From Bacteroidales bacterium (GTDB lineage: Bacteria > Bacteroidota > Bacteroidia > Bacteroidales > 4484-276), in contig DASRND010000008.1 of the NCBI GenBank assembly GCA_035647615.1, positions 45,565 to 109,564 of the forward strand: a DNA stretch of 64,000 nucleotides, read 5' to 3'. Below, one piece after another: positions 28,034 to 37,166 of this stretch. The number at the start of each line of letters is the position of its first letter. Position 1 is the stretch's first letter. The notes beneath the pieces are model-generated. The model was given only the letters and a program-made list of their open reading frames with translations. It ran no database searches and was not told where the DNA came from. The translations under genes and the position numbers were made by a program.

Positions 28034-29014
28034 CTATTGCAAATTCTCCCAATACCAGCGGATGGCTTCCTTCAATCCTTTCCGCAAATCATATTCCGGC
28101 TGATAGCCGAGCAGATCGTGCGCTCTATCGATAGAAGCCAACGAGTGTAGGATGTCGCCCACACGTTTTTCGCCTTTCACCGGATCAACATTTGCTATTC
28201 GCGGATCAAATTCCGACAGATATTCCTTTAGCGTTTCGATAAGCTCGATTACTGTAGTGGCTTCACCAAAAGCAATGTTGTAAACGGTGTTGAGAGCAGG
28301 CGTTTGCACAGCGGTAGCTGCCAGTTCGTTTGCCTGAATCACATTGTCGATGTAGGTAAAATCGCGCGACTGCAAACCATCACCATATATATAGGGCGAC
28401 TGATAGGTTATGAGCGACTTGATAAATTTTGGAATCGCAGCAGCATAGGCGCCATTCGGATCTTGCCGGCGACCGAAAACATTGAAATACCGCAGACCAA
28501 TGGTTTCAATGCCATATAAATCAGAAAAGACTTTTGCATAAAGCTCATTTACATATTTGGTGACGGCATACGGTGAGAGCGGGCGACCAATCTGATCTTC
28601 TTTTTTGGGCAGCGCAGGATGATCGCCATAGGTTGACGAGCTGGCCGCATAGACAAAACGTTTCACCCCGGTTTCTTTGGTGGCGGTGAGCATATTAACA
28701 AACCCGCCAATATTTACATCGTTGGTTGTAACCGGATCGGCAATGGAGCGTGGCACCGATCCCATGGCAGCCTGATGCAGCACTATATCCACGCCTTCCA
28801 CAGCATTCCGACAAGTAGCATAGTCGCGGATATCGCCTTCGATTAAGGTGAAATTGGAAAGATCAGAAAAAGGACGGATGTTATCTAGCTTTCCAGTGGC
28901 CAGATTGTCGAGGCAGATGATTTTGTTGTCTTGGGTGATAAACCGTTCGATGAGGTTCGACCCTATGAATCCGGCACCACCAGTGATGAGAAGTTTTTTG
29001 TTACAAAGTTTCAT
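28034..29014 (-). CDS. NAD-dependent sugar-nucleotide epimerase (extended SDR; WbpP/TviC-like)
   Basis: LLITGGAGFIGSNL is present, with catalytic S..YAVTKY(x)E (YxxxK) and the ...FTLIEGDIRD spacing typical of UDP-HexNAc 4-epimerases. Confidence 0.8.
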   Translation of the reverse strand: MKLCNKKLLITGGAGFIGSNLIERFITQDNKIICLDNLATGKLDNIRPFSDLSNFTLIEGDIRDYATCRNAVEGVDIVLHQAAMGSVPRSIADPVTTNDVNIGGFVNMLTATKETGVKRFVYAASSSTYGDHPALPKKEDQIGRPLSPYAVTKYVNELYAKVFSDLYGIETIGLRYFNVFGRRQDPNGAYAAAIPKFIKSLITYQSPYIYGDGLQSRDFTYIDNVIQANELAATAVQTPALNTVYNIAFGEATTVIELIETLKEYLSEFDPRIANVDPVKGEKRVGDILHSLASIDRAHDLLGYQPEYDLRKGLKEAIRWYWENLQ

Positions 29015-29207
29015 CCGCTTAGATTATTGTTTTTACGAAAACGACAAAAGTCGGTAATTTTTCTTAAAAAACATGCCACAGCATTAAAACAAGGAAGAAG
29101 TTGGTGGGAAGGAAAGAAGTTGTCGGATTGTCGGGTTGTCAAGTCATCAGGTTGTCAGATTCCCTTTCTTCAACATTCCAACCTCTTCTTCGGCAACGCA
29201 ATTTTTC

Positions 29208-29215
29208 TATTTTTG
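29208..29215 (+). promoter_or_regulatory. Candidate -7 box (TATTTTTG) for the thioesterase gene
   Basis: It fits TAnnTTTG and lies 18 nt upstream of the ATG at 29233. Confidence 0.35.
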
Positions 29216-29232
29216 TCCTAAAATAATCAGTT

Positions 29233-29709
29233 ATGAACGACAAAGCTTTTCAGGATTATTACCCTGACCAATTCAACCAATGCTATGGATGTGGCGGACT
29301 CAACGAACATGGGCATCAACTCAAGAGCTATTGGGAAGGCGACGTGGCTGTAGCCAAATTTACACCAAAACCCTATCACACCTCCATGCCGGGATACGTC
29401 TACGGCGGGTTGATCGCATCACTCTTCGATTGTCACAGCACCGGCACCGCCAGCGCCGCACTGTATCGCAACCAGGATCGTCCGATGGGGTCGGAACCTG
29501 CTATTCGCTGCGTAACGGCTTCGCTCAATGTTAGCTACCTGCGCCCCACGCCTCTTGGCGGCGAACTTACGCTACGTGCAACCATTGGCAATATCGACGG
29601 GAACCGTGTAACAGTGCTCACCGATCTTTTTGCCGGTGGCCATCGCTGCGCGAAAGCCGAGGTGGTGGCGGTGGCCGTTGACGAAAAATGGCTCCAACGC
29701 TGGTTGTAA
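29233..29709 (+). CDS. PaaI/hotdog-fold acyl-CoA thioesterase
   Basis: 158 aa. The N-terminal CYGCG motif is followed by YVYGGLIASLFDCHSTG, which is hotdog/PaaI-like. Confidence 0.65.
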   Translation: MNDKAFQDYYPDQFNQCYGCGGLNEHGHQLKSYWEGDVAVAKFTPKPYHTSMPGYVYGGLIASLFDCHSTGTASAALYRNQDRPMGSEPAIRCVTASLNVSYLRPTPLGGELTLRATIGNIDGNRVTVLTDLFAGGHRCAKAEVVAVAVDEKWLQRWL

Positions 29710-29807
29710 GGGAGAGGTAAGTGGGGAGAAGTGAGAGATGAGAAGGTGGGCTTTCGATTGGTAATTTTTAATTTGAAATCCTTTGTAGGAAATCGGAAGC
29801 GAAGCCA

Positions 29808-30701
29808 TTAAACCCTGGGAACTGCCACATTGAGCGATGCAGGTATCACCTCAAAATGCAATTCCTGCCCCATCTTTACGGTTTCTCCATCAAGGTTGAT
29901 GCGCTTTTTCTTTTGCTCTACCATTACCTCTTTGGTTTTTAGCATCTCTACATATTTGGTACGGTCGATTTTTTTCATAAAAAATAAAATCAACATAAAC
30001 GGGACTCTCCAGGCAGGAGCTTTGCGCATGATGCTGATGTCCATTAATCCATCGTCGATACGTGCCTGCGGGGCTATGCTGGTGTTGTAACCAAACTGGT
30101 CGCTGTTTGCAAAACTGATAAACAATGCACTCCGGGTAATCTTTTGGCCGTTGAGATGCAGCACATATTTCCCCGGGCGATACTTAAAATAGGCAAGTAA
30201 TATGATGCGGGCATATTGAAGAAAACCCCGCTGGCGCTTACTTGCAAACTTGAAGGCCACATAAGCATCGAATCCTACCCCGGCGATACTAAGAAAAAGC
30301 CGGTCGTTGACCTTCACTGTGTCGATGCGGCGTGTTTTCTGATGATTGAGGACAGAGATTGCTTTTTCGGTTTCAAGTGGTATTTTGAGATGTCGTGCCA
30401 GGCCATTGCCCGACCCAGAGGGAACCAGGCCCAGCGTTACATCACTGCCCACGAGTGGAGTGGCCACCTCATTCGCAGTGCCATCGCCACCTACGGCAAC
30501 AATAAGTTGGTAGCCGTTATCGCGCGCCTCCTCACTTAGCTGGCTGGCATGGCCTACTGCTTCGGTGTAAACCACCTTGAAATCGAAAACAGAAGCATCC
30601 AGAGATTTGCTCACCATCTGAGCAAAATTGCGGTGACGCCCTACCCCTGAAAAAGGATTGACGATGAAAAGCGTTTTTATTTTCGTGGGGTTTTCGTTCA
30701 T
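29808..30701 (-). CDS. Diacylglycerol/lipid kinase family protein (YegS/DagK-like)
   Basis: FIVNPFSGVG, VAVGGDGTANEV and GLVPSGSGNGLAR are present. A 4-nt overlap with the upstream sulfatase gene suggests an operon. Confidence 0.85.
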   Translation of the reverse strand: MNENPTKIKTLFIVNPFSGVGRHRNFAQMVSKSLDASVFDFKVVYTEAVGHASQLSEEARDNGYQLIVAVGGDGTANEVATPLVGSDVTLGLVPSGSGNGLARHLKIPLETEKAISVLNHQKTRRIDTVKVNDRLFLSIAGVGFDAYVAFKFASKRQRGFLQYARIILLAYFKYRPGKYVLHLNGQKITRSALFISFANSDQFGYNTSIAPQARIDDGLMDISIMRKAPAWRVPFMLILFFMKKIDRTKYVEMLKTKEVMVEQKKKRINLDGETVKMGQELHFEVIPASLNVAVPRV

Positions 30702-32650
30702 AGCTTTATCGTCAGTTGGTTATCAATCATCCGGTTGTTGTATTGCTGGATGACGGCTTTCAGGGTTTGTTCCATTCGGTGTGCTTCACGAAGATTGGTG
30801 CTTAGCAAACTTTTCTGTAGCAAAGCATCGCGCTGATAATTGTAAAGCGAGAGGCTGTTACTGCCGTCAAATTCGAGCACAAGCGAATCGGTTATCAATT
30901 GGTACACCCCGTTGAGATAATTCAAAGCCATACCATCGGTATTGTCGAAAATATTTTGTCCAAAAGCGACAAACGGTTTGTTGTATCCGAGCAGGCCAAG
31001 CGCCGATGGCATGATGTCGATCTGATCGGCTACAATTGTAGCAGACCCGGGCAATTTAAACCCTGGCGCATAGAAAGCGATCGGGATTTCGTACATACCT
31101 GTTTTGGTTTTGTATTCCGGCAGCCAGGCTTCTGAGGTGTGGTCGGCGGTGATTACAAACAAAGTATTGCCATACCAGGGCATAAGCTCTGCTTTTTCGA
31201 AAAATCTGCGTAAAGCGAAATCTGCGTAAGCTACAGTTTGTTGTATTTTAAGATTTCCTTCAGGAAACTTATTGCTATATTTTTCGGGAATGGTGTATGG
31301 ATGATGCGCCGACAAGGAAAAGATGGTAGCAAAAAAAGGAGACTTCATCTCACTGAGGCCATCAGCGAAATAGCTAAAAAAAGGCTCATCAAAAATGCCC
31401 CATTGCCCGTCGAAGTCGGTTTCGTTGTTGTATTCGGTGCGCCCGTAATATTTATCGAAACCAGCCATTTGCGCAAAGCCATCAAAATCCATTGTGCCAT
31501 TGGTACCGCCATGATAAAAAGCAGTCTGGTAACCTTCGGCGCCAAGCAAATCGGCCAGGCTATTGAATTTATTGGCTGCGTAGGCCGAATTGATATAGGG
31601 CTTGTCGAGCAGCGAGGGCAGCGAAGCAAGTATGGCCGGGATAGCTTCGATAGATTGTTTCCCGTTAGCAAATCCGCGGAAAGCTACTGCATGCTGCATC
31701 AGCGAGTCGAGAAATGGCGTAAAGCCATCATAACCTTCGCGATGTCTGTTGAAGGCGCCCACATGTTCGGAGGAGAGACTTTCCATGATGATCACCACAA
31801 GATTTACAGACGAATCACCTCCTGACAAAGCTTTGATCTGAGTAGGTTGAATGATCGGAGTGTAAATCTCCTGAAGTGTTATTTCATCAAAATAATCAGC
31901 ACGCGAAAGGCTTTGCTGGTTCAAAGTTTTGATGATGGTAAATGGTGTATTAAGTACAAAGGTGGCGTTGCGTGCTTCGGAAACCTTGCCGGCGGTAATA
32001 ATATTGATGGGCTTTAGCTGCAAACCTCCGCGGACGCCTATGATCGTAAGCGCCATGGCTACTAAAAAGCCAATAACCTGGAGCACATAAAATTGAAAGG
32101 GATTAAACTTTCGCTTTAGTGGACGAATTTTAAACCGTGCCACAGCTATTATCAGAATTACCACAAAAAGAGCAAAAAGTAAAAAGTAGCCCCAAAAATC
32201 TTTAAAAAATTGTGGCAGCAGCGTCAGCAGAGAGATGTCATTTGCGGCATAGCCAAAGATGTCGGCGGTCATCCGCTTAAAGGTAAATCTGAAATAAACG
32301 ATGTCGGCAATATTGACCATCAGCCCGATAATGTTTGCAAGCAGAAACAAAGCCATTGCGCTAAAGCGCCAAAACCTGTATTTACGCACCGGAAGCGGCA
32401 GCGTCATCATAAAGATAAAAGGGGCGTTGAGCATGAAAAGTGTGGCCAGGTCGAATCGTAATCCAAACACCAGGATGCACAACACCTCGCCGGCGCCCAA
32501 ATGTGAGAAATACTGCAGATTGAAAAGATAGAACATCAGCCGGCTAAGCCACAACAAAAGCAAGGCTATGGCCAGGAGCTGCAGCGCAGGACGGAAATAG
32601 TTGTCGTATCGGGCTTTAGAAGAGTTTTTCGAGTTTCTTTTTGCGGGCAT
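30698..32650 (-). CDS. LTA synthase family / membrane-anchored sulfatase-type phosphoglycerol transferase
   Basis: The N-terminal multi-TM region is followed by a sulfatase domain (VVIIMESLSSEH...; ITADHTS). Confidence 0.8.
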   Translation of the reverse strand: MPAKRNSKNSSKARYDNYFRPALQLLAIALLLLWLSRLMFYLFNLQYFSHLGAGEVLCILVFGLRFDLATLFMLNAPFIFMMTLPLPVRKYRFWRFSAMALFLLANIIGLMVNIADIVYFRFTFKRMTADIFGYAANDISLLTLLPQFFKDFWGYFLLFALFVVILIIAVARFKIRPLKRKFNPFQFYVLQVIGFLVAMALTIIGVRGGLQLKPINIITAGKVSEARNATFVLNTPFTIIKTLNQQSLSRADYFDEITLQEIYTPIIQPTQIKALSGGDSSVNLVVIIMESLSSEHVGAFNRHREGYDGFTPFLDSLMQHAVAFRGFANGKQSIEAIPAILASLPSLLDKPYINSAYAANKFNSLADLLGAEGYQTAFYHGGTNGTMDFDGFAQMAGFDKYYGRTEYNNETDFDGQWGIFDEPFFSYFADGLSEMKSPFFATIFSLSAHHPYTIPEKYSNKFPEGNLKIQQTVAYADFALRRFFEKAELMPWYGNTLFVITADHTSEAWLPEYKTKTGMYEIPIAFYAPGFKLPGSATIVADQIDIMPSALGLLGYNKPFVAFGQNIFDNTDGMALNYLNGVYQLITDSLVLEFDGSNSLSLYNYQRDALLQKSLLSTNLREAHRMEQTLKAVIQQYNNRMIDNQLTIKL

Positions 32651-32675
32651 AGCTTACTAATAACAATAAAGCGAA

Positions 32676-32683
32676 CAAAAGTA
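32676..32683 (-). promoter_or_regulatory. Candidate -7 box (TACTTTTG) for the LtaS-like/lipid kinase operon
   Basis: The reverse complement of caaaagta lies 26 nt upstream of the ATG at 32650. Confidence 0.4.
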
Positions 32684-32835
32684 CGGCTTTTATCAGTGTC
32701 GATCTTTTTCGAGCCAATGCCAAACAGGATAAGTCGTTTAACCAACAATAGCGCTTATCCATCAAATCCCAACCGCCGGTAGTCGGTGTAAACAACGACA
32801 CCAAAACATCCGCCAGCAGTCAAAGTAAACAATCA

Positions 32836-32940
32836 CAAATAAATTCTAACAAACAAACTCCAAATATCCGTAACGGTTTTGGTCATTGAAAATTAGTTTT
32901 GGAATTTATTTGTCTACTGGAATTTATTATTTGGATTTTT
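32836..32940. repeat. Inverted array of GGAATTTATTTG-type words (family W1)
   Basis: caaataaattc...ctccaaatatcc opposes gttttggaatttatttgtctactggaatttattatttggattttt. Confidence 0.6.
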
Positions 32941-32971
32941 CTTCCCCATCTCTCACCGCTCATTTCTATCT

Positions 32972-34042
32972 TCACACCACCGCTTTGGTAATGTAGTTGG
33001 AATTCATAATGGCCAGAATGCCCATGTAGGTAAGGCCAAACGACACGATGTCGCCTACTTTGTAGCCTTTTTCATTTTTATCAAGATCTAATACAATCAT
33101 GTCGGAGCTGGCGCCTGAAAATTCGTGCGTTTCATCATCGGGTATCAGATTACTCAGATCGATGTCGAGCAATCCGATGTCGAGAATGGCACGATAGGAA
33201 GATTTTCCGTAATCGGATTCGTTAATTTCCGGTGTTTCGCCGGCAACATTAAGCCCCATCTCACCAATGGGCACCTTCGGCTTTTTGTAAAGCTCTATGA
33301 TTTCGGCATGCAATTTAAAGACATCCTTGTGCATGCCCGGTATGGTAGTTTCCTCAAACAGATCGACTCCGCGAAAAAGTGTTTCGCCAATGCGCATGTG
33401 GTTGACGCCCTTCGGGATGAGTTTTTTAAATAACAACGGAATGGTAACCGAGGAGCCGCCGGAAACCCATTCGATTTTTTTATCAAACTTAGCTTCTATC
33501 AATTGTTCGTAAAGACTAAGTTGTATCAGTTTGTCGTGCGTGGGCATTACTCCGTTCAGGCAGTTGAGGTTGGCTCCGATGCCAATAATCTCGATATTGG
33601 GAAGTTCAAACACACGCGAATAAAAATTCATCAGGTTGTCGCCCAAAACTCCCTCGCGCAAGTCGCCCATTTCTACCATGATGATAATCTTGTGCAGTTT
33701 GTTTTGTCTGCCTGCTTCATCCGAAATCATTTTGATGGTGGCGAAACTGGTGTTAAAACTAACGTCGGCATACTTTACCAAAGAAGGAATAGCTCGTTTG
33801 GCGGGCGGCTTTATGTAAACTGTTTGCACGCCCGGGTCGATGGATTTTAACGCCTTAAGATTGCTGATGCGCGAGTCGTGAGCTTCGCGCACACCAAGAT
33901 CGAGCACCTCTTTGATGAAAAGTTTGTTGCCACACAAAACCTTGGTCACTACCCCCCACTCGATCTTGTGTTTTTTGAACATTTTGTTGAGAAAAGTATA
34001 ATTCTCCCTCAGGTTTTTCCTGTTTAATTCTATGTGAGCCAT
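32972..34042 (-). CDS. PLP-dependent alanine/ornithine racemase family protein (YhfX/Orr-like, COG3457-type)
   Basis: 356 aa. It has an alanine-racemase N-terminal TIM-barrel pattern with a Lys in VVTKVLCG, GANLNC, and a C-terminal beta domain (SSDMIVLDL...GDIVSF). Confidence 0.7.
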   Translation of the reverse strand: MAHIELNRKNLRENYTFLNKMFKKHKIEWGVVTKVLCGNKLFIKEVLDLGVREAHDSRISNLKALKSIDPGVQTVYIKPPAKRAIPSLVKYADVSFNTSFATIKMISDEAGRQNKLHKIIIMVEMGDLREGVLGDNLMNFYSRVFELPNIEIIGIGANLNCLNGVMPTHDKLIQLSLYEQLIEAKFDKKIEWVSGGSSVTIPLLFKKLIPKGVNHMRIGETLFRGVDLFEETTIPGMHKDVFKLHAEIIELYKKPKVPIGEMGLNVAGETPEINESDYGKSSYRAILDIGLLDIDLSNLIPDDETHEFSGASSDMIVLDLDKNEKGYKVGDIVSFGLTYMGILAIMNSNYITKAVV

Positions 34043-34173
34043 TTTTTTATTGTCTAATCAAATGATTGATAATATTGTAAATTTTTGGGAAAGCTCAAAA
34101 AGCAAATATCAAAAACAAATAATTTGCCTTTCGCCTTTTATCTTTTGTCTTTTTATCTTTTATGTTCTTAAAG

Positions 34174-35325
34174 CTAATCCACAATCACGCGTGGAATATT
34201 CTGCGGCAAGCGCGCCAGCACTTCATAATTAAGCTGATCGCTAAACTCGACAAACGAGGCTACCGTAATATCCTGTTCGCCTTGATCGCCAATAAAAACT
34301 ACTTCATCTCCAATTTTCACTTCTTCAATTCCTGTGATATCGATAATGAGCATGTTCATATTCACCATTCCCACCACACCCACGCGCTGACCATGAATGA
34401 GTACCCGTCCCTGATTGCTGAGCGACCGGCTGTAACCGGTGGAATATCCGGTAGGAATAATGGCGATGGTCATGTCTTGCTTAGCCAGGTAAGTGGTTCC
34501 GTAACTTACAAACTCGCCCGACTTCACACTCTTGATAGTCATCACAGTGCTCTTCCAACTAATAACATGGCTAAGCGGGTTTTGATTGGTGTGGTTGCCA
34601 TGGGTGTAATAAATAAACGTTTCGGGGCTGGGCCAGAAACCATACTGCAAAATGCCCACGCGCACCATGTCCATGCGTGTTTTAGGATAAGCCACCGATG
34701 CTGCCGAACAAGCAGTGTGCATGATGTCGGGAACAATACCCTGGCGCGCCAGCCACTTGTAGGTGCGATTATAACTCTTGTATTGCTTCTGAATGCGGTA
34801 ATAATTGGAGATACTTTCGGCGCCGGCATAATGAGTGCACAAGCCGCGAATAATAAAATTATCAGGATTTTGATTCAGGATTTTTACACTCTTTTTTAGC
34901 TCCAAAGGCGCTAGTCCGGTGCGATTCATGCCGGTTTCTATCTCCAGATGAATCTTAGCTTTTTTGCCGGTTTTTTTGCTGGCTTCAAGCGCCAATGGGA
35001 GCACCTCGGGTTCGAATACGTAAAACTCATATTCGTCGGCAACAGCCATCTCGATGTCGGCCGGGTCTATCCACCCCATCACCATCACATCGGCGTGGTT
35101 CTCGAGAGCGTTGCGCACCTGAACGGCTTCATCAAGACTAAAAACAGAAAAGTGATCGATGCCGCAACCTTCGGCAACAGGCACAAACTGACTGATGCCA
35201 TGCCCGTAAGCGTTGGCCTTTACCACCGATGAAATGCGCACATCTTCGCCATAAAAATTACGCAGAAAGGAAAAATTATTTTCCAATGCCGATTTACTAA
35301 GTTCTATTACGGAAGGATAATGCAT
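34174..35325 (-). CDS. alr: Alanine racemase
   Basis: The PLP-lysine motif VVKANAYGHG is present, along with RVGILQYG, a catalytic Tyr region SYGTTY, and IPTGYSTGYSR. Confidence 0.92.
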   Translation of the reverse strand: MHYPSVIELSKSALENNFSFLRNFYGEDVRISSVVKANAYGHGISQFVPVAEGCGIDHFSVFSLDEAVQVRNALENHADVMVMGWIDPADIEMAVADEYEFYVFEPEVLPLALEASKKTGKKAKIHLEIETGMNRTGLAPLELKKSVKILNQNPDNFIIRGLCTHYAGAESISNYYRIQKQYKSYNRTYKWLARQGIVPDIMHTACSAASVAYPKTRMDMVRVGILQYGFWPSPETFIYYTHGNHTNQNPLSHVISWKSTVMTIKSVKSGEFVSYGTTYLAKQDMTIAIIPTGYSTGYSRSLSNQGRVLIHGQRVGVVGMVNMNMLIIDITGIEEVKIGDEVVFIGDQGEQDITVASFVEFSDQLNYEVLARLPQNIPRVIVD

Positions 35326-35349
35326 GGTTGGTTTTGATTTTTGGTTTTA

Positions 35350-35820
35350 TTAAACATCATCGCGCGAAGGCTTGCCATCTCTATAAAAACGCATTTCGAG
35401 ATAGGGATTTACAAACCCCATCTTTTTATAAAGAAAATTAGCCGGATTGTCCTTCTCCACGTGCAAGGCCACGTCGCCTTTTGCCAGTTGCATGCTTCGC
35501 TCCATAATTTTGCGTCCGATGCCCTGGCCGCGATAGGCCGAATTTACAGCAATGTACACCAAAATGTTTTCAGGGATGTAGCCCGACATGCCGGTTTTGT
35601 TCATCACCAAAGCACCCACAATTTTATCGTTGTGGAGCACCTCTACGATAAAACCGCCAGCCAGAGGGTTTGGATTCATTGCATAATCGATGCATCGTGC
35701 GATGTCTACTTTTTTGTCGCCATACTCGTCGAGGTGTTCGTAAAGAAAATCAACCAAATCTTGCTTCTCTTTGGTGGTAACATGATTTACCTGATTGAAT
35801 ACTTTTTCGGTCGTTTTCAT
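35350..35820 (-). CDS. GNAT family N-acetyltransferase
   Basis: The acetyl-CoA binding core is IAVNSAYRGQGIGRKIMERSMQLA, with NPANFLYKKMGF. It lies 24 nt upstream of alr on the same strand. Confidence 0.85.
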   Translation of the reverse strand: MKTTEKVFNQVNHVTTKEKQDLVDFLYEHLDEYGDKKVDIARCIDYAMNPNPLAGGFIVEVLHNDKIVGALVMNKTGMSGYIPENILVYIAVNSAYRGQGIGRKIMERSMQLAKGDVALHVEKDNPANFLYKKMGFVNPYLEMRFYRDGKPSRDDV

Positions 35821-36223
35821 GATTTTGTTGTTTTTAAAATTTTATTAATAAAATGTTTAGTTTCCAGCTTAATCATGTTTGATTAAAAGCCTGATCAACC
35901 AAAGCCATCGGAAGAATGTAAGCACTAAGAAAGTTTGGATGAATTGTTTCGCTGTTGGCGAAAAGAATTAAAAATATCGGGTTGATGAGCTGAGATGTGA
36001 TCAAATAGAACCTACTTTTTTGTTTTTTAGATGGCCAAACTAATGCAAAAATTCGGAAAAGGGTCAAATTTTTCATTTTTTTATAACTTAAAATACAAAG
36101 CCGGAGGATTATCTTTAAAACAGAATTGCTTTAAGCGCTTGAATTAAAACCTCCTACTGTTGAACAAAGCTGTCTTGTTTAAGTTTATTGGTCACAAATT
36201 AATCAACAATAAAAAATGAAATT

Positions 36224-36934
36224 ATGACAATGAAAAACATGTTTTTCACATTAATGCTTGCAGCGGGAATTCTTGCTTCATGCACATCAGGCGGACAGAA
36301 AACCGAAAGTAGCGATGCAAAGGAAGTAAAAGAAGCAGGCTATGATAAAGCTTATGCCGTGGATGCTACGCAAAGCACATTAGAATGGCAGGGCTACAAA
36401 CCCACCGGAACGCACCATGGAACTGTAAATATTACGGATGGAATACTCACGGTAGAAAATGGCAACCTCACCGGCGGTCGCTTCGTAATCGACCTCAAAT
36501 CTATCACTGTGATTGATCTTACCGATGCAAAAGATAACGCAAAGCTTACCGGCCACCTCAATTCAAGCGATTTTTTTGATACTGAAAAATATCCTGTGGC
36601 TACTTTTGTTATTACCGACGTCAACGAATTCGATAACACCATGATGAACGGCAAAAAAGAAATCGGCGACATTGTCCCCAGCCATACCATCACCGGCAAC
36701 CTCACCATGAAAGATACCACCCGCAGCATCACTTTCAATGCACACATTGCGCTGGTAGATGATATGATTACCGCTGAGACCAATCAGTTTTTTCTGGACC
36801 GTGTGCGCTGGAACGTACAGTACGGTTCCAAAACCCTGTTCAACAATCTGAAAGATAATTTCATTAACGATGAGATGGGCATCGCAATCAAACTCACAGC
36901 CCGTGCAGAAGATTATGCAATGGCTGGCGAATAA
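36224..36934 (+). CDS. YceI family (polyisoprenoid-binding) lipoprotein
   Basis: It has a lipobox (ILASC) and the YceI pattern: STLEWQGYK.TGTHHGTV, GGRFVIDLKSI, LTGHLNSSDFFDTEKYPVATF. Confidence 0.85.
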   Translation: MTMKNMFFTLMLAAGILASCTSGGQKTESSDAKEVKEAGYDKAYAVDATQSTLEWQGYKPTGTHHGTVNITDGILTVENGNLTGGRFVIDLKSITVIDLTDAKDNAKLTGHLNSSDFFDTEKYPVATFVITDVNEFDNTMMNGKKEIGDIVPSHTITGNLTMKDTTRSITFNAHIALVDDMITAETNQFFLDRVRWNVQYGSKTLFNNLKDNFINDEMGIAIKLTARAEDYAMAGE

Positions 36935-36965
36935 TATTTAGCAAGATTTAAAAAAAACCTCAAAA

Positions 36966-37003
36966 CAAAAACCTCCTGCAACTGATGCAGGAGGTTTTTT
37001 ATT
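36966..37003 (+). terminator. Rho-independent terminator after the yceI-like gene
   Basis: A perfect 11-bp stem, aacctcctgca (36970-36980) paired with tgcaggaggtt (36986-36996), has a 5-nt loop and is followed by a T-run. Confidence 0.85.
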
Positions 37004-37054
37004 AACGACACCCGATCTTTCGGATATTAATATTGGATTTTAAACATCAGCCAG

Positions 37055-37105
37055 CCCTCTGGTGGTTGTGGCGGTTGAACTTGTCGAAACCAGCCTGTCG
37101 AAAGG
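37055..37105. repeat. R2-family element (GGTTGAAC-TTGTCGAAACCAGCC)
   Basis: ggtggttgtggcggttgaacttgtcgaaaccagcctgtcgaaagg shares GTCGAA(A/G)CCAGC and the GGTTGA(G/A)C context with 16940-17020 and with the reverse complement of 27731-27760. Confidence 0.6.
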
Positions 37106-37166
37106 AACAACATTTACCCTGAGCATAGCCGAAGGGAACAAAGAACAACGAACACCAAACATCTCT

